A stretch of DNA of 64,000 bases from Anaerolineae bacterium (GTDB lineage: Bacteria; Chloroflexota; Anaerolineae; Aggregatilineales; Phototrophicaceae), in NCBI GenBank assembly GCA_034437355.1, contig DAOTUA010000179.1:1790-65789 (forward strand). The letters run 5' to 3'. Each line of letters starts with the position of its first letter. Position 1 is the first letter of the stretch. The notes under the pieces were generated by a model. It searched no databases, was not told the DNA's origin, and saw only the letters and a program-made list of their open reading frames with translations. This document shows positions 1 to 10,420 of the stretch, one piece after another. Both the position numbers and the translations under genes were made by a program.

Positions 1-931
1 TACCAGACCAATCCGGCAGGATGCGCGTCATCCCCTCCGGTAGATGCAGCTCTCCGGTTCGCTCCAGCGCAGCGGCACGGGCGGGGTCCGGTAGGGCCGT
101 CAGCAACCCGGATAACGTCATCGTCTTACCCGCTTCTGGCTGTCCGGCCAGCACAAACCCGTAATCAGACGCCATCAACGCCCGCAACACCCGCGCCCCC
201 CGCGCATCAAGCGTCTCGCGTGCGACCAACCCTTCAAGTGTCGGCCCTTCCACCGGATGCAGCCGAATATCCAAACTCAATGCCACCGTAACCGGCGGTG
301 CCGCCAAATTCACCGATATAAACCGCCCGTTCTCCGCCTGAAACCCGACCTCAATCAGCGGGTTCTCATCGGTTAGCGTGGCGTCGGCCCGTTGCAGCAA
401 GCGCCCAACCACATCCTTAAAATGGCTGATGTCCTCAAAGAGAATATCAAGCGGCATCATCTCGCCATGACCCCGCCGCACCGATACCTTATTGGCCCCC
501 TCCAACGAGATCGTCGTGATCGCCGGGTCGTCAATGAGCGCGTCCAATGGCCCCAAGCCAAACAGATCGCTATACGCCAGGCGCATCAGCTCCGCCGTTT
601 GATCGTTATTCGCCTCCACCGATTCGACCGACAACACGTAATCTACCACCGGGCGCAACAACTTCAAACGATCGGCACGGGTTTTTGCCGCACGGATAGC
701 CGAATCATCCGGCGTGTGTTCGGCAGTGACGGCGTCCACAATACGCTCTACCAACGCCGAGACGGTGATCGCCGCCCGTCCCAGCCGCGCATCTAAAAAC
801 TCTGGCTGCGGGCGGCGGCGCTGGACGGGTTCCGGCTTGGGGTAGTCGAACAATGGCTCATCGTCGCCGGGTTGATGACCGTTGTTATCCTCTGGTGGAT
901 GATTCTGGTTCATTTTATCAAGTATCGGCAT
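1..931 (-). CDS. CpaF/TadA-family (type II/IV secretion) pilus-assembly ATPase, N-terminal ~310 codons; the gene continues beyond the left edge
   Basis: Absent from the ORF track because it has no stop inside the window. My reverse-strand translation from ATG 931-929 (GGAGG 4 nt upstream) stays open down to position 2: MPILDKMNQNHPPEDNNGHQPGDDEPLFDYPKPEP...AITTISLEGANKVSVRRGHGEMMPLD...GFVLAGQPEAGKTMTLSGLL...ERTGELHLPEG. The Walker A motif (GQPEAGKT) and the N-terminal layout fit CpaF/TadA/VirB11-type ATPases. The listed + ORF 392..796 is its antisense shadow. Confidence 0.7.
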   Translation of the reverse strand, partial: MPILDKMNQNHPPEDNNGHQPGDDEPLFDYPKPEPVQRRRPQPEFLDARLGRAAITVSALVERIVDAVTAEHTPDDSAIRAAKTRADRLKLLRPVVDYVLSVESVEANNDQTAELMRLAYSDLFGLGPLDALIDDPAITTISLEGANKVSVRRGHGEMMPLDILFEDISHFKDVVGRLLQRADATLTDENPLIEVGFQAENGRFISVNLAAPPVTVALSLDIRLHPVEGPTLEGLVARETLDARGARVLRALMASDYGFVLAGQPEAGKTMTLSGLLTALPDPARAAALERTGELHLPEGMTRILPDWSG

Positions 932-975
932 AAAACCTCCTGTTGTCTTGGCGGCATGATATCAGGTCCTTTTTT

Positions 976-996
976 GTGAAAATCGAAGATTTTCAC
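976..996. promoter_or_regulatory. perfect 9-bp inverted repeat GTGAAAATC-gaa-GATTTTCAC upstream of the secretion ATPase gene; candidate operator
   Basis: Read directly from the sequence. It lies 45-65 nt upstream of the ATG at 931 and has no U-tract on either strand, so it is not a terminator. Confidence 0.25.
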
Positions 997-1072
997 AGCT
1001 AAAGTTTTGGACAAGCTCTTGCAATGGCTTGTCTAGGTTTGGGAGCGTAAACCCCGGAGACGTTACGATAGA

Positions 1073-2434
1073 CTACGAGAACGCACTCAAATCGACCGGC
1101 TGCAAATCCTCATTGTCACACGGCTGACGGCCCGTTTTTGCGATGTCCACCCATTCCCCATCAATCCGAACGCGCACCAGGTCCATTGTGAAATCCGTGT
1201 TGGTGCCCAGGCTGCTCTCGTTAGAAAATAAACTGGACCCCACGCCATACGCCGCGACCGGCATCCCGTTCTGCTCAAACCGTTCGATTTTCTCTCGTGT
1301 GAACCCCCCAGAAACGGTAATCCCAACATTTTTGCAGTAATCCTGCGCCGCAGATGCCAGGCTCGGCGGCACATCCCACTTGTGATACGCCTGGTCGATA
1401 GCCTCTCGCACCACACGCACCAACTGCTCATTAACCCCCGTTGGGCCGTCCGGCTGCAACGACCGATCCACCAACCCCCCACCCGTATCCAACCGCACCC
1501 CGCTAAGCGTCCAACGCTTCTGATCGTCTGCATCCCCACGAGCCAACGCCGCCGCATAACGGCCCCACATCATGCCCATCGTCGCTAGCGTCGCGCTCAC
1601 CGTGTCGTTGTTAAAATCCGCCAGCACCACACGCGGCACATCCGGCGGCATATACTCGGCAAAGGCCAACATCGCGGCGGTCGTATCCGCCAGAAAATTG
1701 GCGATAATCGCATGGGGGATCGTCCCAACACCCCTGCTCCCCCACCAGGCCGCCTGCGCGTCGGTGCTAACCAACGGCGGGATATTCGCCTTAAAATCCT
1801 CATTGTGGCGCTGCACCGCCAACCAATAGGCGTACCCATCAATCGCTTGCACCTGTGGCATATCAAACCGTGCCGGGAAGAACAACAGCCGCTTACCGTT
1901 GATCACCTCCAGCAAATTATAAACATTGGTCGCGATCCGGCTCGCACGCGAGAACACCCCTAGCAACGTTGTTTCCAGCACCGCAAAATCTCGATAGCGC
2001 CCCTGTATTTCTAACACCGTCTGAACGTTGCGTGGGTTGCCTTCATATGCCGTAAACACCCCATCATATACCGCCCGCACATCAAGCTGATCCCACGTTG
2101 GTACCCACTCGCCGGCCTGGTTGTAATACCCGGTGCCGTGTCGCAACATCCACAGCGCCGCATCGATCCCGGCGATCAACGCACGCGGCTTGCGTCGGTT
2201 GAAAATCTGCGACTCCACCACCAACTCGCCGGGGATCAGCTTCGCCGGGTCGTGTGGGAGGTCACGCGGGCTTTGGCCGCCCAACTCACCGAAAGTCTTA
2301 CCATCCGCCGCGACCCGCTGTAAAATATCGCGCACGTTCACAAAATATTTATCCGCGTATGTCCCACGCCGGACACCCTCCATATCAAAGCCATAATTGA
2401 CTTGCGTCATCCGTTTTTGATCAAATACGGTCAT
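1073..2434 (-). CDS. nicotinate phosphoribosyltransferase-family enzyme
   Basis: 453-aa ORF. The length and segments such as RYRDFAVLETTLLGV..., GTIPHA and VRLDTGG resemble the ~450-aa NAPRTase / type II phosphoribosyltransferase family. This is recognition from memory only. Confidence 0.6.
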   Translation of the reverse strand: MTVFDQKRMTQVNYGFDMEGVRRGTYADKYFVNVRDILQRVAADGKTFGELGGQSPRDLPHDPAKLIPGELVVESQIFNRRKPRALIAGIDAALWMLRHGTGYYNQAGEWVPTWDQLDVRAVYDGVFTAYEGNPRNVQTVLEIQGRYRDFAVLETTLLGVFSRASRIATNVYNLLEVINGKRLLFFPARFDMPQVQAIDGYAYWLAVQRHNEDFKANIPPLVSTDAQAAWWGSRGVGTIPHAIIANFLADTTAAMLAFAEYMPPDVPRVVLADFNNDTVSATLATMGMMWGRYAAALARGDADDQKRWTLSGVRLDTGGGLVDRSLQPDGPTGVNEQLVRVVREAIDQAYHKWDVPPSLASAAQDYCKNVGITVSGGFTREKIERFEQNGMPVAAYGVGSSLFSNESSLGTNTDFTMDLVRVRIDGEWVDIAKTGRQPCDNEDLQPVDLSAFS

Positions 2435-2549
2435 GTATATGTCACTTTCTCAGTTTTTTGTTAACCTAAACGTAGAAATATTACCGACATTCGATATACT
2501 TGCCCGTCGGTTATGAGCGAAAATATAAGATCAGAGAGAAAAACAATAT

Positions 2550-3509
2550 ATGGATATTATAGTCACTGGCTCCATTGCCTACGACTACCTCATGAGATTT
2601 CCGGGACGGTTTAGCGAACATCTGCTACCGGACCAACTGCATCAGGTTAGCGTTAGCTTCCTGGTAGACGAAATGACCAAACACTGGGGCGGTGTCGCTG
2701 CCAACATCGCCTATAGCCTGGGGATGCTCGGCTTAAACCCGAAACTCTTTGGCACCGTCGGGCGCGATTTTGGCGACTACCGCGACCACCTCCAAGCTGT
2801 CGGCGTCGATTGCTCCACCGTCCGCGAGCTAAACGACGTGTTTACCGCGTCCTTCTTCGCCAATACCGACCAGGACAACAACCAGATCGCCTCCTTCTAC
2901 GCCGGGGCCATGGCCTTTGCTAAAGATTATACACTAGCTGATGTCTACCAGGGTGAACCCGACTTAGTTGTCGTCTCTCCCAACGATCCCACCGCCATGG
3001 TCAACCTGACCAACGAGTGCCGCCAACGCGGTATCCGTTTCATGGCGGACCCCTCCCAACAGGTGCCGCGCTTATCTGGCGATGAACTCGCCACCATGAT
3101 CAAAGGCGCTTACCTGCTCGTCGTCAACGGTTACGAGGCCGAGATCATCAGCAATAAAACCGGCCTCAGCAAGCAGCAACTCCGCGATCAAGTCGATAAC
3201 TTGATCGTCACCCGTGGCAAAAACGGCGCAGAAATCTACCAGAACGGCGATGTAACCCAGATTGGCATCTTCGATACCGACCACATCCTCGACCCCACCG
3301 GCGTCGGCGACGCCTTCCGCGCTGGCCTTATCCGGGGCGTCGCCTCCGGCTGGGATTTAGACCTGTCTTGTCAGGTCGGCTCGCTTTGCGCCGCCTACAC
3401 CTTAGAACAGGTCGGCACGCAAAATCACGCCTATACCATCCGTGAATTTGTTGAACGCTTCCGCACTCAATACGATGACGGCGGCAAATTAGACGAACTG
3501 CTCGCTTAA
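2550..3509 (+). CDS. PfkB-family ribokinase-like kinase, probably adenosine kinase
   Basis: 319-aa ORF. The N-terminus MDIIVTGSIAYDYLMRFPGRFSEHLLPDQLHQVSVSFLVD closely resembles the mycobacterial-type adenosine kinase N-terminus as I remember it. The C-terminal DPTGVGDAFRAG is the PfkB anion-hole motif. It sits directly upstream of ahcY. Confidence 0.65.
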   Translation: MDIIVTGSIAYDYLMRFPGRFSEHLLPDQLHQVSVSFLVDEMTKHWGGVAANIAYSLGMLGLNPKLFGTVGRDFGDYRDHLQAVGVDCSTVRELNDVFTASFFANTDQDNNQIASFYAGAMAFAKDYTLADVYQGEPDLVVVSPNDPTAMVNLTNECRQRGIRFMADPSQQVPRLSGDELATMIKGAYLLVVNGYEAEIISNKTGLSKQQLRDQVDNLIVTRGKNGAEIYQNGDVTQIGIFDTDHILDPTGVGDAFRAGLIRGVASGWDLDLSCQVGSLCAAYTLEQVGTQNHAYTIREFVERFRTQYDDGGKLDELLA

Positions 3510-3591
3510 AAAACGTAGCGACATCCACATGGGCCTATGTTAAACTGTGCCCGTTTTGTAATATTGTATCGAATCATATAGGAGAACATAA

Positions 3592-4857
<1,266 letters not shown>

Positions 4858-4912
4858 ACCGCCCGCTTCTCCCAACATCACGAACTCAAAGCAATCACAA
4901 GAAAGGCTAGCG

Positions 4913-7090
4913 ATGCACTACATTAACCGCATACTACCGCTAGCGTGGGTGATGGCCCTGATCTTTAGTGCCACCGCCTATGCCCAAAGCGATGTACAAG
5001 TCCGATTCGTACACGCTCTGCCCGGTGCGCCCAACGTCGATATCGCCCTCAATGGCGAACTTGTCGCACAGGATGTCCCCTACGGACAAGCCTCCGACTA
5101 CATCGACGCCCCCACCGGCGACCTCAACCTGACCGTCACCGCCACCGGCCAAAGTGACGCCCTTTTTGAGCAGACCGTCACCACCGGGGCCGAACCCGTC
5201 ACCCTCATCGTTAGCAGTGCCGACGGTTTCACTGCCTACACCGATAACATCGACCCGCTTAACATCGGCCAGGCCCGGCTAACAGCCGTCCACGCCATCG
5301 ACGGCGGCCCAGATGTCGATGTCGTCCTTACCGATGGGCGTCCGGTGATTGCCGGGTTAGCCTACGATACCCCCTACGGTACGCTCGACGTTCCGGTATT
5401 TAACTACAGCCTGAACGTCATCCCAGCAGGTGAAGGGTTGACAAACGCGCTCTTCCCAGAGCCATTCAGCGCCCCCCTCAGTACCGGTACATCCTATATG
5501 GCTGTCGTCTATGGCGCTGTCGATGCTCCCGAAGTCCTCTTGCTAGATACCGCCGTGCGCCCCAACCCCGGTAGCGGCTTTCTACAAATCACACACGACA
5601 TCGAAGATGGCCCCGCCGTCGATGTTTACGCCAACGACCGCCTGGTTGCCCCCGGCCTTACCAGCGGACTTAGCACCGTCGCCTTCCCCGTCCCGGCAGA
5701 TACCTATAACCTGCAAATCACAGAAGCCGACACCGTGAATATCCTGGGCGGTAACGATGTGCTGGTCAACGAAGGGACCATCACCGCCGCCAGCATCGCC
5801 CTCGATGGCGAGACCGTCGTTGTCTCCGCCGAACTTGGCGAGCCGGACATCACAACGGCTGTCACCGATCCTCAACCCACCCAGGCCGCTAGCAGCGCCA
5901 GTGAAGTTGTGACAGCCGCCCCCGCCCCCACTTCGGCGGAAGTCGTCGCCGCACAATCGACACAACCCCCCGCACAAGCAACGCCTGTCTCGGCTGGCAG
6001 CACCAACCCCGATGCCCTGCTCACCGGGCGCGTTAACCTGGACCCCGGCGCAAACCTACAACTGCGCCAATACCCAGATTCATCGGCGCTCTCGCTTGGG
6101 TTGGCCCCCGCCGGTGCCACCCTGGATATCCTGGGGCGCGAAGGCCCCCCCGCCCAAATCGAAGGCTTGTTTAGCCAGGAAGTACAAGACGAGATCGACG
6201 CCTTTGTTGACCCCGCCGAGGACCTCCCCCGCGAGGAAGACCTCTCCCCCGTCGATACCTGGCTTCAGGTGAATTACACCCCCCCGGATGGCGGCCAGAT
6301 CGAAGCCTGGGTCCTCTCCCAGTTCCTAGACATCCCGTTACCGGATACCGGCCCCGTCCGCCGCCTGGCAGACCTACCGCTTGTCCCCAATAACGACGCC
6401 GGACAAGCTGCCGGGACCGAAGTCACCCCGCCCCCGGTGCCCGATGATGTCGTTAGCGCACAGGTGTTCAACCTCAACCCCGGCGTTAACCTGCAATTGC
6501 GCCGCACCGCTAGCCGCTTCGGAGAATCCCTGGCGTTGCTACCAAACGGTACCGTCTTAGAGTATCTCGGCTTTGAGATCACCGACGACGAAATCCCCGG
6601 CGAAGAGGCCGCCCGTAACGCAGAATGGGTCTTTGTCCGCTACAGCCCACCCGAAGGCGGCGAGATCACCGGCTGGGTGTCCTCCCAATACGTTCAACTC
6701 TACTGGCGCGGCGAACGGATCGACATAGAAGAGATGGTCGCCCGTACCCTGCTGTTATTCGAGGACCCCACCACACGCGGCGAACTCGGTACCGGCGCAA
6801 CCCCGCCCCCAGCCCCAACCGTAGACCCGCTAAAAGACCAGGCCATTGCCACGGTCGTTTTAGACCCCGGCGCGAACCTGCAATTCCGCCGCGACCCGTC
6901 TACCACCGCCGAATCCCTTGGCCTGATCCCCACCGGTACACAACTATTCGTCAATGCCCGTGATGCTTCCGGCGAGTGGCTCCAAGTGGAATTTGAAGGC
7001 CAAACCGGTTGGGTTGGTTCCAACTTCGTCCGCCTAACATTCAACGGCGAACTGTTGGACATCGACGAACTGTTGATCGAAGGCGAATAA
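4913..7090 (+). CDS. secreted protein with N-terminal DUF4397-type repeats and three C-terminal SH3b-like domains
   Basis: 725-aa ORF with a signal peptide (ALIFSATAYAQS). It has repeated VRFVHALPGAPNVDI / LTAVHAIDGGPDVDV / LQITHDIEDGPAVDV motifs and a Pro/Ala/Thr linker. Three similar modules follow (NLDPGANLQLRQYPD...WLQV...GWV). Confidence 0.7.
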   Translation: MHYINRILPLAWVMALIFSATAYAQSDVQVRFVHALPGAPNVDIALNGELVAQDVPYGQASDYIDAPTGDLNLTVTATGQSDALFEQTVTTGAEPVTLIVSSADGFTAYTDNIDPLNIGQARLTAVHAIDGGPDVDVVLTDGRPVIAGLAYDTPYGTLDVPVFNYSLNVIPAGEGLTNALFPEPFSAPLSTGTSYMAVVYGAVDAPEVLLLDTAVRPNPGSGFLQITHDIEDGPAVDVYANDRLVAPGLTSGLSTVAFPVPADTYNLQITEADTVNILGGNDVLVNEGTITAASIALDGETVVVSAELGEPDITTAVTDPQPTQAASSASEVVTAAPAPTSAEVVAAQSTQPPAQATPVSAGSTNPDALLTGRVNLDPGANLQLRQYPDSSALSLGLAPAGATLDILGREGPPAQIEGLFSQEVQDEIDAFVDPAEDLPREEDLSPVDTWLQVNYTPPDGGQIEAWVLSQFLDIPLPDTGPVRRLADLPLVPNNDAGQAAGTEVTPPPVPDDVVSAQVFNLNPGVNLQLRRTASRFGESLALLPNGTVLEYLGFEITDDEIPGEEAARNAEWVFVRYSPPEGGEITGWVSSQYVQLYWRGERIDIEEMVARTLLLFEDPTTRGELGTGATPPPAPTVDPLKDQAIATVVLDPGANLQFRRDPSTTAESLGLIPTGTQLFVNARDASGEWLQVEFEGQTGWVGSNFVRLTFNGELLDIDELLIEGE

Positions 7091-7126
7091 GCGTCACATC
7101 GCCCACCATTTACAGTCAACATCAAA

Positions 7127-7158
7127 GGCCCGCAGCGTTAACACGTTGTGGGCTTTTT
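7127..7158 (+). terminator. rho-independent terminator after the first DUF4397 gene
   Basis: GGCCCGCAGCG-UUAAC-ACGUUGUGGGC hairpin followed by UUUUU, 37 nt after the stop at 7090. Confidence 0.6.
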
Positions 7159-7177
7159 CACAACCAAAGGACCCCAT

Positions 7178-9193
7178 ATGTTACACATCCAACGCATCCG
7201 ACACGCGCTAATCATCCTGATAGCTGGGGCCGTGTTGGTCGCCTGTAGCCCCCAGGCCACCCTACCACCCACCGTCACTCCGCCGCCGACTATCACACCA
7301 ACCCCCGCCCCAACCGCTACCACCATCCCCACACGGGCCCCGCTACCCACCGCCAACTCACCAGAAAACGCCCCATCCCCCGACCGTGACATCGCATACG
7401 TCCGCGTGATCCACGCCGGCCCCACACTGGATCGTGTCGATGCTTACGTCGGAGATCAGGCGGTCGCTTTTGGGCTGCGCTACTTACGCGCGGGTGGGGT
7501 CGTCGCCGTTGATGCCGCCGCTACGACCCTCGCCCTACGCCCCGCCGGGGGTCGCCCAGACGCTGATCCGCTGTTTTCTGTTCCCCTCACCCTTAACCCC
7601 GACGACGCGCTAACCGTCACCCTGCTAGGCGATGCCATCCTCACCCACCCGCTATCGCTCGCCCCACTTGGGCCTGGCCAAGCTCGCCTCACCCTGATCC
7701 ACGCCCTCCCAGGCGGCCCACCAACCACTCTCGCAGACGATAACGGCGATCCCGCCTTCCCCCGCGTAGACTTCCGCCAACAATCCGACCCTGTTACCCT
7801 CCCCGCCGGGGAAACCCGCCTCACGCTCGAACGCCTGCTAACCGCTTATCCCCTTACCCTGGAACCGCGCCGTAGTTATACGCTCGTCATCACGGGGGAC
7901 CCCGCCGCGCCTGATCTCATCGTGGCAGATACCCCCGTTCCCGCCAAAGCCGATCTCACCTTTGTTAACGCCTCGCCTCAGGTCGGCCCGGTCGATGTCT
8001 ATCTCGACGGCGCACCCCTCGTCACCACCGTCACGCCTAGCAGCCATAACAGCCCAGCAGCCCCAACCGCCGGCACACAAACTATTACCGTCTACAGCGC
8101 CGGAGCAGACCCCGACCGGATCGAGCCACTACACCAGGCCACCGTCACCCTCGCCCCCGACGGCGAAACCTTTCTGATCCTGCTCGGCCCAGCCGCCGAT
8201 CTGACGCTAGTAACCCACGTCGATCCCTTTCAGCCCACCGCCGCCAACGACACCCGCCTTACCCTGATAAACACCCTTCCCAACCTACCCACCATCGAAG
8301 AAACCGCCAGCACCGAACAACCGATCCGGCTGTTATACGCACAACCCATCACCCGCACCTATACCGCCCAATCGTTAGAGTTTGGCTTTTTCACACCAGC
8401 CACCGACCAGGCACGCCAGCGCGTCGAAGCCATCCCCCCCCGTGATTTCCAGGCCGGGCGCAGCTACCTGGTCCTCATCACCGGGCAACCTGGCGACGAC
8501 CCATTGATCATCGCACGCACACGCGGTACCACCACTGAAACCGCCCCCAGCAACATCGGGCAGATCTACATCGTTAATAGCACGTCACAACCGATTCAGG
8601 TCGTGATCGACGGCGTGATCGTCGCCGGCGCACTCCCACAGGCCGCCACCACCGCCCCCCAGTCATTACCCCCCGGTAACCACACCATCACGCTACTCAA
8701 TGCCGATACACTCGATCCGCTGCTCACAGAAACCGTCTTTACCGAGGCCGGGCGCACCCAGGCACTCATCTACGATGGCAGCCTCTCCGCTTTCGCATTA
8801 GAAACCGACACCTCCGATATTATCGGCAGCGCCCAACTTCGCCTGATCAACATCAGTGACCAGGCAACACGCCCCGTCAGCATGGCATACATGGCCGCCG
8901 TCACCCCAGATCGCCGCCTGAGTACCGTTATCAATGCCTCAACCGATGTCATGATCCTGCCGGATTCCGTGCCGCGCATCCGCAACGGAGCCGCCGCCCG
9001 CATCGGGGACGCCACCCGCTTCTACTCGACCGAAGCCGGCGCTTACGATATTCACCTCTACGACCCCGCTACCGACCGGCTGTTAGGCTCGGCCTACGCC
9101 GTCGAACTGGCAACCGGGGGACGCTACGACGTGATCGCCCGCCCTGGTACAGAATTGCTGGCATTAGATGTGCTTGTCGTCCGTACCAACTAA
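7178..9193 (+). CDS. lipoprotein with multiple DUF4397-type repeats
   Basis: The ORF track starts at GTG 7148, which lies inside the upstream terminator stem. ATG 7178 has AAGGA 6 nt upstream and gives MLHIQRIRHALIILIAGAVLVAC with an LVAC lipobox. Repeated xRxIHAxPxxxxVDxY-type motifs run throughout. Confidence 0.7.
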   Translation: MLHIQRIRHALIILIAGAVLVACSPQATLPPTVTPPPTITPTPAPTATTIPTRAPLPTANSPENAPSPDRDIAYVRVIHAGPTLDRVDAYVGDQAVAFGLRYLRAGGVVAVDAAATTLALRPAGGRPDADPLFSVPLTLNPDDALTVTLLGDAILTHPLSLAPLGPGQARLTLIHALPGGPPTTLADDNGDPAFPRVDFRQQSDPVTLPAGETRLTLERLLTAYPLTLEPRRSYTLVITGDPAAPDLIVADTPVPAKADLTFVNASPQVGPVDVYLDGAPLVTTVTPSSHNSPAAPTAGTQTITVYSAGADPDRIEPLHQATVTLAPDGETFLILLGPAADLTLVTHVDPFQPTAANDTRLTLINTLPNLPTIEETASTEQPIRLLYAQPITRTYTAQSLEFGFFTPATDQARQRVEAIPPRDFQAGRSYLVLITGQPGDDPLIIARTRGTTTETAPSNIGQIYIVNSTSQPIQVVIDGVIVAGALPQAATTAPQSLPPGNHTITLLNADTLDPLLTETVFTEAGRTQALIYDGSLSAFALETDTSDIIGSAQLRLINISDQATRPVSMAYMAAVTPDRRLSTVINASTDVMILPDSVPRIRNGAAARIGDATRFYSTEAGAYDIHLYDPATDRLLGSAYAVELATGGRYDVIARPGTELLALDVLVVRTN

Positions 9194-9330
9194 GCTCTAA
9201 CGCCTGATGTCTGTGAGGTGAAACCCCACAATATCCTAATCTCTACCTGAGTAGTTACCGATATTGTATCGCTATCTGAGTCGTGACAGTTTTTCTTAAC
9301 TGCTCAGGGGAAAAGCCTTGGACGCTCACA

Positions 9331-10131
9331 CTATGCTTCGATGAAATTCGCTAGATAAGCGTCAAACTCACCAGCCGCGCACGCCTCAACATAATTAGCG
9401 AACACCCGCCCCTGTAGCCGGTAAAGCGGATAACAACTGGTCGGCCTGGCCCCACGCGGCACATGACAGACGTAATCAACCCCCGCCGCCGGGATAAACG
9501 TTTTATGCGGTGCCGGCGTGATGCGCTCTACCTGTGTTTCTGCCGTCACAATCACCGTATCCGCCGCGTAAACAAGCAACTGATCGATCCCTAGATTATT
9601 GTTAATGGCGACATTCCCCGCTCGATCCATCTCTAGCGCGTGCAAAACCGCCACATCAACCCCAATAGCAGGGAAGGCCGTCAGCGCCTCATTCGTGTAC
9701 GGGTCCGTGATCGTCGTCACGTCATCGCGCAGGCGCAGCAAGTCGGTTCCCTGCCACGCCCGCGACGGTAAATGCCCCACCCCAGCAACACGAGCGCGTA
9801 ACCCCATCACCAGGCTTGTTTCCGTCTCTTCGATAATATGCAACGTCCCGTTGTTGGCCCGTTGCGTGAACATCGGTGCCAGCCCGAACGATTCTAACCC
9901 CACGTACACACTACGGATCGCCGCTACACACCCCGCCCCGATCAACAAATCTGCTGCATACCCACCCGTGAACGCCAACAACGTTAGGTCGGTTGCCGTG
10001 GGCGTCCGTTGTAACAGCGCCCGCACAAACCCCACCGGACGCCGATAAAGCGCCATCCCCCCGAGTGCCAGCGTACAACCCGGCTTGACCAACGCCGCCG
10101 CCGCCGCCAATGAGATCAACTGTGAACCCAT
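9331..10131 (-). CDS. CoA-transferase family protein (glutaconate/3-oxoacid CoA-transferase subunit A-like)
   Basis: 266-aa ORF. The N-terminus LAAAAALVKPGCTLALGGMALYRRPVGFVRALL and its overall length resemble CoA_trans subunit A proteins. No subunit B gene is adjacent. Confidence 0.5.
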   Translation of the reverse strand: MGSQLISLAAAAALVKPGCTLALGGMALYRRPVGFVRALLQRTPTATDLTLLAFTGGYAADLLIGAGCVAAIRSVYVGLESFGLAPMFTQRANNGTLHIIEETETSLVMGLRARVAGVGHLPSRAWQGTDLLRLRDDVTTITDPYTNEALTAFPAIGVDVAVLHALEMDRAGNVAINNNLGIDQLLVYAADTVIVTAETQVERITPAPHKTFIPAAGVDYVCHVPRGARPTSCYPLYRLQGRVFANYVEACAAGEFDAYLANFIEA

Positions 10132-10210
10132 CCTGTATCCTCCACTTGTTCGGAATAATGATATTCGCTTATATCATACGTTCTATGTGAAATTCAAACG
10201 TGACAATATA

Positions 10211-10264
10211 GGGTTATTCCCCTCGCGGCAGTTTGAGCGTAGCACCCTCAACAACGAACTAGCA
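10211..10264. repeat. intergenic repeat module, related to 57984..58040
   Basis: GGGTTATTCCCCTCGCGGCAGTTTGAGCGTAGCACCCTCAACAACGAACTAGCA aligns by eye with GGGGATAAAGCCCCCTTGCAAGCGTTTGAGAGTAGCACCCTCAAGAACGACCCAGCA. Confidence 0.6.
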
Positions 10265-10420
10265 ACCAAGGTCGGTTATGTCGGCTATGCCCACAACACC
10301 AAAACACCGATCCTAGCAAATTGTGAGCAACTATACAGTTTACTTTGTGGGGTATGCCACAATATAGTACAGTGTATTTGACCATACCTGGATCGTACTG
10401 GAAAGCGAAAGTATAACCCC

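Noticed and set aside
392-796. A 134-aa + strand ORF listed in the track.
   Set aside because: It is Arg/His/Gln-rich with no motif. It lies antisense to a continuous, motif-bearing reverse-strand reading frame (the CpaF-like ATPase). It is the typical shadow ORF of GC-rich coding DNA.
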